In this document: positions 48,712 through 61,060 of the stretch, piece after piece
How positions within the stretch are numbered: position 1 is the stretch's first letter
Layout: each line of letters starts with the position of its first letter
Assembly: GCA_002269645.1 (NCBI GenBank)
Contig: NIVC01000046.1
Coordinates: 62,001-126,000, forward strand
Reading direction: 5' to 3'
Length of the DNA: 64,000 nucleotides
Source: Macrostomum lignano
Taxonomy: Eukaryota
Made by a program: the position numbers and the translations under genes
The notes under the pieces: model-generated
What the model was told of the DNA's origin: nothing
The model's input: only the letters and a program-made list of their open reading frames with translations
The model's database searches: none

Positions 48712-51700
48712 TAATGATCAGCAGCCAGGGAATCCATTGCCTGCAGATTAATCTGCAGCACTGCGTCGCAGCCTCGGTCAACCTTATGCGTTACGCCGAG
48801 CTTGACAAGCCGGGGCTCATCCTCGTCCAGGAACCCTGGACTCTCAGAGGTAAGCCTCAAAACGCCCCTGCTGGCTACAATTGTTTTTATACTTACCCTC
48901 GCGAGGCCAACCAGCCTCCCAGAGCTTGCATCTTTGCGAGCAAAACGCTCAGTGCGTGGCTCAGATCGGACCTGTCCAACAGGGACATCTGCGTCATCCA
49001 ATCCGAGGACCTTCTTCCTGGGAAGACCACCCTCATTGCCTCGGTTTACCTACCAGGCGATGCTGCGGTCGTCCCCAGAGCCCTCGCTACGCTGGTAGAG
49101 CTCTGCTCTGGTAGCTCTGGTAAAACTACGAGCTCCTGGTTGCCGGCGACATCAACGCCCACCACACTCACTGGGGCAGCACTGGCATTAATCAGAGAGG
49201 CGAAGACCTCCTAGCCTACGTTGCCTCTACGACCCTCGAGTTCTGCAACTCTGGGTCCACCCCTACCTTTGACAACGGACGGTGGTCGGAGGTGATCGAC
49301 GCTACGCTCGCAACGCCCAGACTCTACCAGAGTATTGGGGCGTGGCGGGTGCTTCCAGTGTCCTCACTCTCGGATCACAAGTTCATCTCCTTCAACCAAA
49401 TGGCCGCGCGTAGCGCAACTCGTGTTACGTGGAGACGGAACGCCAGAAATACGGATTGGGAAACCTTCGGGCTCGCCCTGAAGGAATTCCATCGGTCTCC
49501 TGGCCAACCATCCACGATCACGTCGTGCCGAGAGGCGGATGAGTGCGCGACTGTTTTGACAGAGACGCTAACCGCCGCCTTTGAGGCGTCCTGCCCTTTA
49601 AAAGCCTATAAAGGGAAAAAATCGGCGCCGTGGTGGAATCCCGAGCTCGGCAACCTCCGTCGCAGGGCTAAGAGACTCCACCGCAGAGCAACTAAAACTA
49701 AGAGCCCTGCAGACCAAACCGCTTATCATGAAGCAATCCATGAGTTTAAAAGGCAGGTTAGGAATGCAAAGGCTCAAAAATGGCGACAATACTGTGAGGA
49801 GCTAGAGGGCTCACGCCCCACCTCCAGAGTTGTGAAAGCGCTCACGCTGGACAAAATGTCTAAGCTCTCCTCGGTCAAACGCACCGACGGTACGTCCACG
49901 GACAACCCAGGGGAAACGCTTGATGAAATGCTCACTGCGTTTTTCCCCAACGAGCCAGCTAACCAGACCACTCCGGATCACTCGGAGGGAGGTCACGCGC
50001 TGGCTGCCTCTATCATCACGGAGGACCGCATTGTGAGAGCGGCAAATTCCTTCAAGCCTTTCAAAGCCCCAGGACCCGACGGCATTGTACCGGCCCTCCT
50101 AAGAGAGGCGGTTAAATGCCCAGGCTTCCTGCGCAAACTTTGCAGCCTTCTTCGGGCATGCATCACGCTTGGTTATGTTCCACAGGCATGGACCGAGGCA
50201 AAGGTGATCTTTATCCCTAAGCCAGGCCGCCCGGACTACCATTCTATCAAATCCTTCAGACCGATCAGCTTGACCTCCTCCCTGGTCAAGCTGATGGAGA
50301 GACTGGTGCTTTGGCGCCTTCTCTCTGTTGAGCTGAAGAACAAACCTCTCAGCGAGAACCAGCACGCTTTTCGGGCGGGTCGCTCCACTGAAAGCGCGCT
50401 GCACGTCCTGGTCGATAAACTCGAGAAGGCCGTGCTTGGTAATGGCTTTGCTCTGGGGATCTTCCTGGACATCATTGGCGCCTTCGATAACGTCCTCTTT
50501 GAGGCGTTCCGAAGAGCTCTTTGTGAGAGGCAAACGCACTCACATCTCACCAGATGGATCATGTACATGATCAGCCATCGCACGGCCACCGCCAGTCTGC
50601 TGGGCTACCAGAGGACGGTCCCCGTCTGCAAAGGTAGCCCGCAAGGTGGGGTGCTGTCTCCAGTTCTCTGGAAAATGGTCATCGATGAGCTCCTCCGGGA
50701 TGTTCGGCCTGACCCCATTCTGAAAGTTGGATATGCGGACGATGTCACCGCGGTGGCATCTGGTCCGTCCCCTGATACCCTCAGGGACCTTCTTCAGAAC
50801 TTCATCTACGCTGCTGAGCAATGGGCGGACCGCTGTGGTTTAAGGCTCTCTGAGACTAAGACCGCAGCGATCATGTTCACCAGCAGGACCAAGTGGCAGA
50901 TTCGGCCGCTCACGCTTTACGGAAGGGAAATCCCCTTCTGCAAGCAGACTAAATGTCTGGGTATTACCCTGGACCACAGGCTGAACTGGTCACCCCACGT
51001 TCAAACAAAAGCCAAAAAGGCCTTCGCAGTCCTCGCGCAATTGCGCAGGGCTGTCGGCACCACCTGGGGGCTCATCCCCAAGCGCCTCTGGTGGATCTAC
51101 ACTGCAATGGTTAGGCCCGCTATCTCGTATGGCGGCCTGATCTGGGCTAGCGCCCTGCAGATAAAGACCTGTCTAGAGGCTCTCAGGAGAGCGCAAGGGC
51201 GCGCTTGTCGCACGATCATGAGCGCCCCTCCGTCTGCTCCTTACGATGGCCTCAACGCCTTCCTCAACATTCCTCCGCCGGACATCTTTGTCCGCAGGGA
51301 AGCGGCTAAGACTGCCCGCCGTCTAGCTGACGCTGGCATTCGAATCCAGCCCCATAGGGCCATGGCTAAGCGCAAGCTTCTGCCCCACGCTGACCTCTGC
51401 CTCAAGGACTTGAGAGACAGCGGCGGGCTCCACGTCCTATCTGACGGCGAACCCCGCACTCTCAACCTCTTTCAGCGCAACAAGGTCACCATCCCCTCTA
51501 CGGATGCTGCCAATGACCACTGGAATTTCCAGGAGGTCCATTGCTACACGGACGGATCCATCAAAGACGGTCGCGCCGGCTTTGGGGTCTGCATCATCAT
51601 CAACGGCCGCGTAATTGCCACGCATGCCCAGCACACTGGTAGACTCTCCACAGTCTTCCAGAACGAAGTCCTTGCCATCAGCTCTTGCGCTGCAGAGCTG

Positions 51701-52426
51701 AACGCCAAGGTTACGAGAGGAAAGACTATTGTCATCCACTCTGACAGCCAAGCGGCCTTACAGGCCCTCTGCCACACCACAACGAACTCCCGGACAGTCG
51801 CCGACTGCGCCCGGCAGCTCAACCTCCTGGCCAGAAGCAATACTGTCAGGCTGAAGTGGATCCCAGGGCACGCAGGGTTTCCGGGGAACGAGCTGGCAGA
51901 CACCCTCGCCAAGAGGGGTGGCTCTGGCTCTTTCTTCGGCCCTGCCCCCCTGGTCCCTATGCCCTTGACAGTCATCAATCGTCAGATCGACGACTGGGCT
52001 GACTCCCTACACAGGGACAGATGGGCGGGCACCCAAAACTGCCGGCAATCTCGTGCCGCGGTTCCTTGCCCGTCTCACAGGCTCAGAAACATCCTTCTGA
52101 ACCAGAATCGGAAGGATATTCGAGCCCTTGTCATGACCCTTACCGGCCATGGCTACCTCGCCAGGCACTGCTTCCTCCGAGGCGACCTCGAGAGCGAAAT
52201 TTGCCCCTTTTGCGAGTGCGACAATGAAGATGCTCAGCACTTTGTTTGTCATTGCCCTTTCTTTAACAGAGACCGGCTACGCTACCTCGGGCCGAACCCG
52301 TCCATTGACGAGGTCTGCCAGCCCGACAGCATCCCACGGCTCATCCAGTTCCTTCGGGCGACTAGACGAGCCAGTTTCTTCCCAACGGAAGATCACGCTG
52401 CAGGACGGACCGGCGGACCACCCTGA
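48708..52426 (+). CDS. LINE ORF2: AP endonuclease, reverse transcriptase, RNase H, C-terminal CCHC; one frameshift at about 49122-49125
   Basis: APE motifs QINL, VQEPW, SVYLP, GDINAHH, SDH; RT motifs [25 protein letters not shown]; RNH motifs YTDGS, NE, SDSQ, GH, NELAD; [14 protein letters not shown]. Confidence 0.92.
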
Positions 52427-52538
52427 CCGGCCCCACGCCTCTGCCTGTCTGCGGGCCTTCAGGGGCTAGCGGGATGGGCGACCCTCGCCTCCCCGCTGTG
52501 TCTACGGACCACCCTGCAGCTAAGTCTAAGTCTAAGTC

Positions 52539-52558
52539 TGCCTGTCTGTCTGCCTGCC

Positions 52559-52631
<73 letters not shown>

Positions 52632-52660
52632 GGCTGTCTGTCTGTGTGTCTGCATGTCTT
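52539..52660. repeat. (GTCT)n microsatellite, 3' flank of the LINE
   Basis: Direct reading. Confidence 0.96.
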
Positions 52661-53817
52661 GTCTCTCTGTCTTGCAATCTTCATATGTACGCTACGTACG
52701 TTAATAATTATGGCTTACGCTCGCAAGATGTACATGTATTTATTGGGAGCGCTAATTATATAACGCTCGGGTATTAACATACTGTAGCAGACTCAAACAG
52801 TGTGTTCGCATTTTTATTTGTTTCTGCTTGGTTACATGCATGTCTTAATGTCCTCATGCTACTAGACTGAAGTCCTACATTATGTGAGTTTCGGTTTTTT
52901 AGCCGTCATTTTTGGCGCCATTCATTTTAACGCAGAAGGCGCCATAGATTAATTCTGGCGCCCCGAAGCCAAAATTGTTGATTTCCATAACGGTTCATAA
53001 TTAGTTTAGGTTGGGTGGGGGGACAAAGCATTGAGATGCCCCCTGTCCCCTGCAACACCCCTGCTAAGTGCATGGTAGAGCCCCATTGCACCTTACGACA
53101 GAGTCAACTGTCATGTAGCCATAAATCAGTCTTTGAATAAGTCAACAATGTCTTCTATTGACCAGAAAGTTTTTCACAAATTAGGGTATTTTTACAACTA
53201 CTTTTGTATACTTCGATACATATCGGCAAAAATAAATATTCGATTTTAACCTCTCTGTATTTGTCGAACTTCTCTAAAAATTAAGCACTTACATTTAAAA
53301 AAAGTTATAATTACTAAAAATCAGTGCAGTATTTTTAGATGTTTAGCAGCTGCCACAATTTATTTTTATATTCATTGGTGTTTAAAAAAATAAGATATAA
53401 TAAAAATAAAATAAAAATAGCCACTTCACACTTCGTTTTTGATCAGTTAATGCTAAATTATATCCGAAGTGCAACAAACCTGCAGTCTAAGGAGTGAACT
53501 CCAACATCCAACGCTAATATATATATTTTTTTATTTACTATTGATCCTTGTTATTTGTAATTAATAGTTAATCAATCAGTAACCAACCCAGGGATAATAC
53601 TTTTGAATCATATAATCGTTTTGAAGCAGTGGATAAAATTATGTCTTCCAATCAGAATATATCGACTCGTATTACTGTTTTGTGGCAAATATATATTTTT
53701 GCAAATATAAGTGCGCATTGTTTAAAATATGACACATGTACGAAATAAAATATATCGAAAAGCGCTATTTATACTACTATATTGCCTTAAATATCACTTC
53801 TGACGCCCCAACGAATG

Positions 53818-54116
53818 GCCGGGCGTAGTGGCGTGCGTCTGTAATCCAGCTACCTGGAGGCCGGGAAGCGGAACGGCTTGAAGCTGGGAGTCCTGTCTGT
53901 CGACGCTCTATGTTGATCAGGTGTCCACTCTAAGCCTGGCGTCAACATGGTCACCCTGGCGGAGGCCGGGGCGGCCAGGTTAGCCAAGGAGAGACGTACC
54001 GGCCCAGGGGGTACACCCAGCAGGCAAAAGTCTCCGCGTCGAGCAGTAGAGGGATCGCACCCGTGAATAGGCGTCGGCAGGTAGCCTAGCTAATACAGAC
54101 GGACTGTAACCTTTTT
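53818..54116 (+). ncRNA. RN7SL: 7SL / signal recognition particle RNA gene (Pol III)
   Basis: 5' GCCGGGCGTAGTGGCGTGCGTCTGTAATCCAGCTAC (Alu domain); helix 6 CCCTGGC-GGAG-GCCGGGG; helix 8 CCAGG...AGCAGG; about 298 nt ending in a T5 terminator. Confidence 0.95.
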
Positions 54117-56384
54117 GCAGTTTTGTCCCCATTTGCCACTGAGCTATATTAAAAATACAAAAGTTCCAAATACTTTTTTAATAAAGCCTAAAGTGCAACA
54201 TTCCAGATGAAAACAAAAAACTACTTCAAACGAATCGACCAAACATTTGCTGGAGCTGGAGGGTGGCTATAGATTTTACAAATCTCTATAGTCTATAAAG
54301 TGACTTGTCAACTGTAGCATGTCATTAAAACTAAAAAATAAACTTAGCCATAAAATGATTTTATTATTTATATTATAAATGACTTATGGTTTTATTTATG
54401 AGAATAAACAGTTAAATCATTAGTCCGACACTAATTAATGCAAAATGCAAATAAAAACACTACTAAACGATATTAGAAATACAAGCAAATATAAAGTCTA
54501 TTACTATTTATTTAAAGTTTAAATTAATTATCAAGTCTCTGGTGAACCTTTAAATTTTAACATAAATATTTCAGTAATATTTAGTCCTGACTAAATGATA
54601 TCATGGTTGCATGAATAATACACAAGCATAAATTTATGCAATTTTAAAAGAATGACTTCACTTTTTTCAACAAAAATAATGCTAGAAACTACTCACCAAA
54701 TTATATTTCCCGATATGTATCGAAAAATAACTTTGCAAAGCAGCTTTTACCACGCAGTAAGTCGAACTCCCAGATATCGCTTATCTCATAATCAGAACGT
54801 TCTATAGTTGCAATTATTGATTTGATTTGATTTTAGAAATCTTCACACCTTATGAGGATAGAAAAGGCCAGCGTGACTGTGAGTAATACGTACGTAGGAA
54901 GAAAACAAGTATCTTAAACTTTAGCAGAAATCATAGCTATTCATACTACTGCTTACTACTGAGTTATCTGTTCTAAATTTATGTTGTTTTAAAAAACCAA
55001 GAACTGGAAAATTCAGGCTATTTTCTGACTTTGTTGCAAAAAAATTGAGCTACGCAGCTACAAAATGTCTATTTGTGTGTATGGTAGGTACTATTAGTGC
55101 AAGCGCACGGTTGCACCTGCTTGATCTATCCAATGCGCTTTTATTTCATGAACGCTAAACGCGCCAACGTAAATAATTATCAATATAGTAATAAAACGAT
55201 ATAATTTTTATGAAACAAAGAAATCATAATCGACAGTTTATAATTGTGATTGTGGCTGTCATGTAAACAAGGGAGTTAATTTTGCGGCAAGGTTCACCCT
55301 GATCAATCTGCAAGACGAATTTTGAATAACATCGAATGGGCAACCAAAAGTAGAATATACAATTGTAGAATTAATACGAAAAAATACAAAACAAATCGAA
55401 CTTGAGGCTTCAGCTCAAAATCATAATTCAGTAATAGCTAGCTCTTCGAATCTCAGTCTGAATACAATATAAACCTGGGAAATGTCAGGGAGGAGAACAT
55501 TACAAAGAAAGAACAAAGATATGGGCAAACAGCCAGCAGATAAGAACAAATTATTATAATTCAGCAGTCGTTACAAGTGGTATGTGGTCGCGCCAGCAAA
55601 AATGAACAATAAAGTCATTGGTTTTTCGCTCGCCAAACGAATAATAAGCCAAGAAGTAGGGAATAAACTATTCAAGATTTAGTCTAAATGTAGTTAAATT
55701 GTCAAATTCAGCTACTGATAGTAGCGAAGCCATCAAAAATAGAAGAGAAAATACAAATTTTTATTCAAAAGAACGCACGATGTAACGAGTCGTGTTCCAA
55801 GAACTCTCGATAATTATCTTTCAATACAAACAAAAATTGGACTCAACTACAGAGAAAAACAAAATTCTTTCTATGTTACTGGGAGATTTATTTACACTTG
55901 GACAGGTCGCGAGTTCGATTCCTGGAAATAACAGATTTTCCTAAGAAAATCCTCATTGTCAGCTTGCTAATTAAACTAGAAAGCTTAAATTTATTGGCCC
56001 GATTAAAAAAAGCATTTTGCCGCATGCCAATTTATTACAGGTGACAAAACGAAACGAAGATGGACAAAGTATTGACAGGTTTGGTATAAGATGTGCATCA
56101 ACTAGAAAAGAAAACTTTGAAAAAAACAAAATCAAAGCTGGGAGACCAAATTCATAATTCGTTATTTAAATATTGGGTGGATTTAAAAGTATTTTTCCTA
56201 CAGAAACAGACTCGAATTTTAGGCAGACATTTACACAAGTTTAATTACCCAGATCTGATCCAGCCGATATGTATCGAAAAATACTATATAGAGCATCTTT
56301 TACTATTGTTTAACAAAAATAGATAGAAATGACCTATTCTCGAATAAATTATGAGTTCTAAAGAGGGCGAGCGGCGCAGGAAGG

Positions 56385-56551
56385 TCACGCGGTCCGTTCT
56401 TCGTCCGCTGATTCCGCCGCCGCTGCCTCTTCCTCGCTTTCAGCCGCTTCCCGCATCGCCTCTTCCGCTCGTTTGTTCTCATCGGCCAGCTGCTTCCAAT
56501 AGGCGTAGTTGTTGTTCAGGTTCTCAACTAGCTGGGGCACGTCGCAGAATG
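56385..56551 (-). CDS. PDE8: cAMP phosphodiesterase 8, last exon
   Basis: AFCDVPQLVENLNNNYAYWKQL matches PDE8 AFVDLPDLMQHLDNNFKYWK; phase-1 acceptor; TGA at 56385-56387. Confidence 0.88.
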
Positions 56552-57223
56552 CTGCAGCGATAAGTAGGGAGGAGAATTGTTGTTAGGGGATAATTCCGGA
56601 GATTGGGTTAGAAATCCAGTTCAAGGAAAGAGGGATTTTTGGGATATAGGGATAGTTTTGGAACTAATTTTGGGAATTTCAAGATCATTGGATCATTTTA
56701 AAATTCATTTAGGGATTTCTGGGATCATGTTATTATTTGGGACTAATTTAAGGATTTTCAAGTTCATAGGATTATTTTAGGATGCATTTAAGGATTTTAG
56801 GGATCGTGGGATAACTGAGGACCGATTTGGGAATTTTTGAGATCTTGGAATTATTTTTGGGACTAATTTTGGGTTTCTCGGGATCATGGGGTGATTGAGG
56901 ACCAATTTGTGGATTTTCTGGATCTTAGGATGTTTTTAAAAAATAATTTGAGTATTTTGAGACCTGGGGATAATTTTCGGACTAATTTGGGGATTTTTGG
57001 ATCCGGGAATTATTTTCGTCTTTTTGGGATTTTGGGATCATGGGATTCCAAATTGAGGATTAATTTGGGGAGTTTTTTGGGATCATGGGTTGATTTTAGG
57101 ACTGATTTAGGGATTTTTGGGATCATGGGATGGTTGATGATTTCTGTGGATTAGGGGAAAATTGCCTACTACTACTAGTTTGAGAACAATTGTTAACGAA
57201 CTTAGGTAAGTGATTGCGCTTAC

Positions 57224-57353
57224 CGTGCCAAGCGCTGAACATCTCGCGCAAAAAGAAATCAATAAAGCTGGTCTGCGAGTGCGGCATGTTGCAGGTGGTG
57301 CGGTCAAACACAGGCATTACAATTGGCAGACCCTTGGACTTCTCCTCGTCCGT
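57224..57353 (-). CDS. PDE8: PDE8 exon
   Basis: [34 protein letters not shown] (includes the invariant Gln); AG and GTAAG boundaries. Confidence 0.93.
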
Positions 57354-57499
57354 CTGTAGGAAAAAATAGTTCCTTTGTTTATTTTCCTATTCGCTATACG
57401 AATTTTCGATACATATCGGCTAATCCGTTAATTCGGTTACATTAATAGCTAGATTTGCTACTAACAGTAGACAAACTGCAAATGTTCGCAAAAACTTGC

Positions 57500-57890
57500 C
57501 TGCTGAAAGTATTCTTCTGATATGCGTTTTGCCCATTCTTTGCAAAGTTTCAGCGATCGGCAGGGATTGCTCACGTCTGAGCATTTGATTAAAACTCGCT
57601 TTATTAGCGTTCGATTCTCCGATTTAGTCAACATCTCGAGCGCCTCCTCTTCCGTGATTCTTTCAGCACCCTCCTCGCCCTCCTTGGCAACCAGCGGGGC
57701 GACAATCTGATTAGCGAATTTACCCACGTGCTCAAAATGTTTGGCCATCTCAGTTGCCAGGACAATGTCAATCATGCTCTGGCGCAGGGTTTTGTAGTCC
57801 TCGCGGCTCATGTTCTTGAATATGTTGATGCGATCGTCGCGAGTGGTCAGCTGGAAGGCCAGCGACACGTGGTGGCTCTCCAGCACCGTG
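57500..57890 (-). CDS. PDE8: PDE8 exon (catalytic; ends at a GC donor)
   Basis: TVLESHH..VLATEMAKHFEH..KCSDVSNPCR..ISEEYFQQ; CAG|GCAAGT donor. Confidence 0.93.
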
Positions 57891-58244
57891 CTGGCGAAAA
57901 ACAGTTAGGGTTAAATGAATCTTGTGTAAATATAAATTTTTAAACATATCGGCTATTTTGTTAACATTATTTTCGATACATATCGGTTATTCATAATAAT
58001 ATTGGTTTCCATACATATTAGCTTTTTTATTAATACTACTTTCGATACATATCGGCTATTTAAATTAATATTGACTTTCGATACATATCGGCTATTCAAA
58101 TTAATATTGACTTTCGATGCATATCGGCCATATTATTATTTCTTTCGATACCTATCGGCTACTTGCATTCAATATTAATTTACTTAACTTGTACTATACT
58201 TAATTAACTTTCGATACATATCGTCTCTGGCATTCAAAACTCAC

Positions 58245-58695
58245 ATATCATTGTACAGAATGGCCAGCTTATGCTGGCTGTTGATCAGAAACGGATTCGT
58301 CCTGCCCGGATGATCCAGATCGTGCACCAGGGCGCCCAGCAGCGAGGCGACTTCGTCCATTTCGTCGAAGATCGATTTAATCCGATCTCGTTCTAGGAAA
58401 TAGGCCGAACTCTGCATTACATCGGCACCGTGGGTGGCATTGTGATAGCAGTTGTCGGCGTGGTAATGGTCCTGGATGACCTGCAGCCACTTCAGCATGG
58501 TGTCCTCGCTGCACTGAAGGAAGTGGCACACGTTGAACCGCTGCAGTGTCTTCATCGCCAAGTACACCATGGGCTTCTTCTCCGTCACTCGTTCCAGCTC
58601 GATGATGTCGAAGCTCCAATCGTCATCGTTGTCTAAATAGGCCAGCAGCTCCTCGGGAATCTCGCTGAGCGACTGTATGTTGCTTGAGGAGTTCT
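58245..58695 (-). CDS. PDE8: PDE8 exon (catalytic HD motifs)
   Basis: DWSFDIIELE..YHNATHGADV..HDLDHPGRTNPFL..LYND; phases match both neighbours. Confidence 0.95.
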
Positions 58696-58834
58696 CTGAG
58701 AGAATCGGATGGGTCAGTGAGGCCGGCTTGTTAGACATTTTGCAGTTTTAAAGTCAGCGTTTTACTTGAAATCAGCTTGGAATAATTTGCTCGTTTACAA
58801 CTCTATGAAAGGACAAATTTTCCCACCAAGATTG

Positions 58835-59400
58835 TCACTCTGCTGGAGCATCACTCTCAGATTGTCACTCTTAGATTTTCACCCTTTGAACGTCACTCTA
58901 ATGGAATGTCACTCTCAGATTGTCACTCTAAGAATTTCACTCTCAGAATGTCACTCTAATGGAATGTTATTCTCAGATTGTCACTCTTAGAATGTCATTC
59001 TAATGAAATGTCGCTCTCAGATTGTCACTCTTAGAATGTCACCCTAATGAAATGTCGCTCTCAGATTGTCACTCTTAGAATGTCACTCTCAGATTGTCAC
59101 TCTAAGAATTTCACTCTCAGAATGTCACTCTAATGGAATGTTATTCTCAGATTGTCACTCTTAGAATGCCACCCTAATGCAATGTCGCTCTCAGATTGTC
59201 ACTCTAATGGAATGTTGCTCTCAGATTTTCACTCTTTGAAGTGACAACAGGAGTGACATTCTAAGAGTGACAATCTGAGAGTGACATTCTAAGAGTGAAA
59301 ATCTAATAGTGATACTCCAGAGTGCTCCATTCGTTTCTTAAAATGTCACTCTCAGATTATCACTATTAGGTTGTCACTAAGAATTTCATATTGTCACACT
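58835..59400. repeat. TCACTCT-based minisatellite with an internal inverted segment (about 59240-59325)
   Basis: GTCACTCTCAGATT.. units followed by GAGTGACA.. reverse-complement units. Confidence 0.85.
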
Positions 59401-59989
59401 TCAAATGCCCACTATAAGTCCCAGCTATAAACAATCTACAAAGGCGACATTTCAAGACACTGCACATGGGCCGCAAAATAACAGTACAGTACAGGACAAA
59501 AGCTGACAAAAAGCTAACTAATTTTTTTAATGGATACATTTTATACTAACCAAAATCGGTTTTGCTTAACCTCTGGTGGTTCGCGCTATTAGGGCACGAA
59601 TTTATTCCTTGATTATTAAATTTATGATAAACACTTCTCCATGCTACTTGAAAGGAACTGATTAAGACAGTAGCTCCCTTTCTTGAAAGATGAAGTAAAA
59701 TAAAAAAATAATCAGAGAAAAATCTGTCTAAAAACAGGACTGCAGCTGCAGTACAATGCGCCATTAAATATGAGAAAATTAACTTAATGAACCACAAACA
59801 GTGAGCTTGGTAATTAAAAGGGAAAGTTTTGCTTTTAATTTTGAATTAAGTTGCTAGCGCCGATTCAAGGTATTATCTTTATTGCAATCCCATCACATAG
59901 GATTCCTTCCAACAATTAGGGGAGCAGGTAATTTCTTGATCTAAACTGTGATGACCCATTTTTTAATCTAGGGACACGCCAAAATCATG

Positions 59990-61060
59990 TAGGATCTGGG
60001 ATCTGGGATCTAGAATTGGGGATTTGGGATCTGGGATCTAGCATTAAGGATTTGGGAACAGGGATCTATTATCTGAGATCTAGCATTTGGGAACAGGGAT
60101 CTATGATCTGAGATCTAGGATTTGGGATCTATGATCTGAGATCTAGGATTTGGGAACAGAGATCTATGATCTGAGATCTAGGATTTGGGAGCAGAGATCT
60201 ATGATCTGAGATCTAGGATTTGGGAACAGAGATCTATGATCTGAGATCTAGGATTTGGGAGCAGAGATCTATGATCTGAGATCTAGGATTTGGGAACAGA
60301 GATCTATGATCTGAGATCTAGGATTTGGGAGCAGAGATCTATGATCTGAGATCTAGGATTTGGGAACAGAGATCTATGATCTGAGATCTAGGATTTGGGA
60401 GCAGAGATCTATGATCTGAGATCTAGGATTTGGGAGCAGAGATCTATGATCTGAGATCTAGGATTTGGGATCTATGATCTGAGATCTAGGATTTGGGATC
60501 TATGATCTGAGATCTAGGATTTGGGAATAGGGATCTATGATCTGAGATCTAGGATTTGGGAACAGGGATCTATGATCTGAGATCTAGGATTTGGGAACAG
60601 GGATCTATGATCTGAGATCTATGATTTGGGATCTATGATCTAGGATCTAGGACTTGGGATCTGGGATCTAGAATCTGGGATCTGGGATCTAGGATCTTGA
60701 ATCTGGGACCTAGGATATGGGATCTGGGATCTAAGATATGGGATCTGGGATCTGGGAACTGGGATGTAGGACCTGTAATCTAGGATCTGGGATCTGGGAT
60801 CTGGGATGTATTATCTGGGATCTGGGATCTGGGATGTAGGATCTGGGATCTGTGATTTGGGATCCAGGATCTGGGATCTGTGATCTGGGATCTGGGAACT
60901 GTGATCTGGGATCTGAGATCTGGGATCTGGGATGTAGGATCTGGGATCTGGGATCTGGAATGTAGGATCTGTGATCTGGTATCTTGGATGTAGGATCTGG
61001 GATCTGGGATCTGGGATCCAGGATCTAGGATTTAGTATCTGGGATAAGGAATCTGGGATC
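59990..61060. repeat. 7-bp-based (GGGATCT) array including a 35-bp higher-order unit, PDE8 intron
   Basis: Periodicity read directly. Confidence 0.93.

Larger units (their letters stand above)
47261..52538 (+). mobile_element. Non-LTR retrotransposon (LOA/R1-like, with RNase H), near full length
   Basis: ORF1 plus ORF2 (APE-RT-RNH-CCHC), short 3' UTR, (TAAGTC)3 tail at 52521-52538; flanked on both sides by (GTCT)n. Confidence 0.93.

Noticed and set aside
55904-55925. B-box/T-arm-like GGTCGCGAGTTCGATTCCTGG
   Set aside because: No A-box or cloverleaf; at most a SINE relic, not a tRNA.
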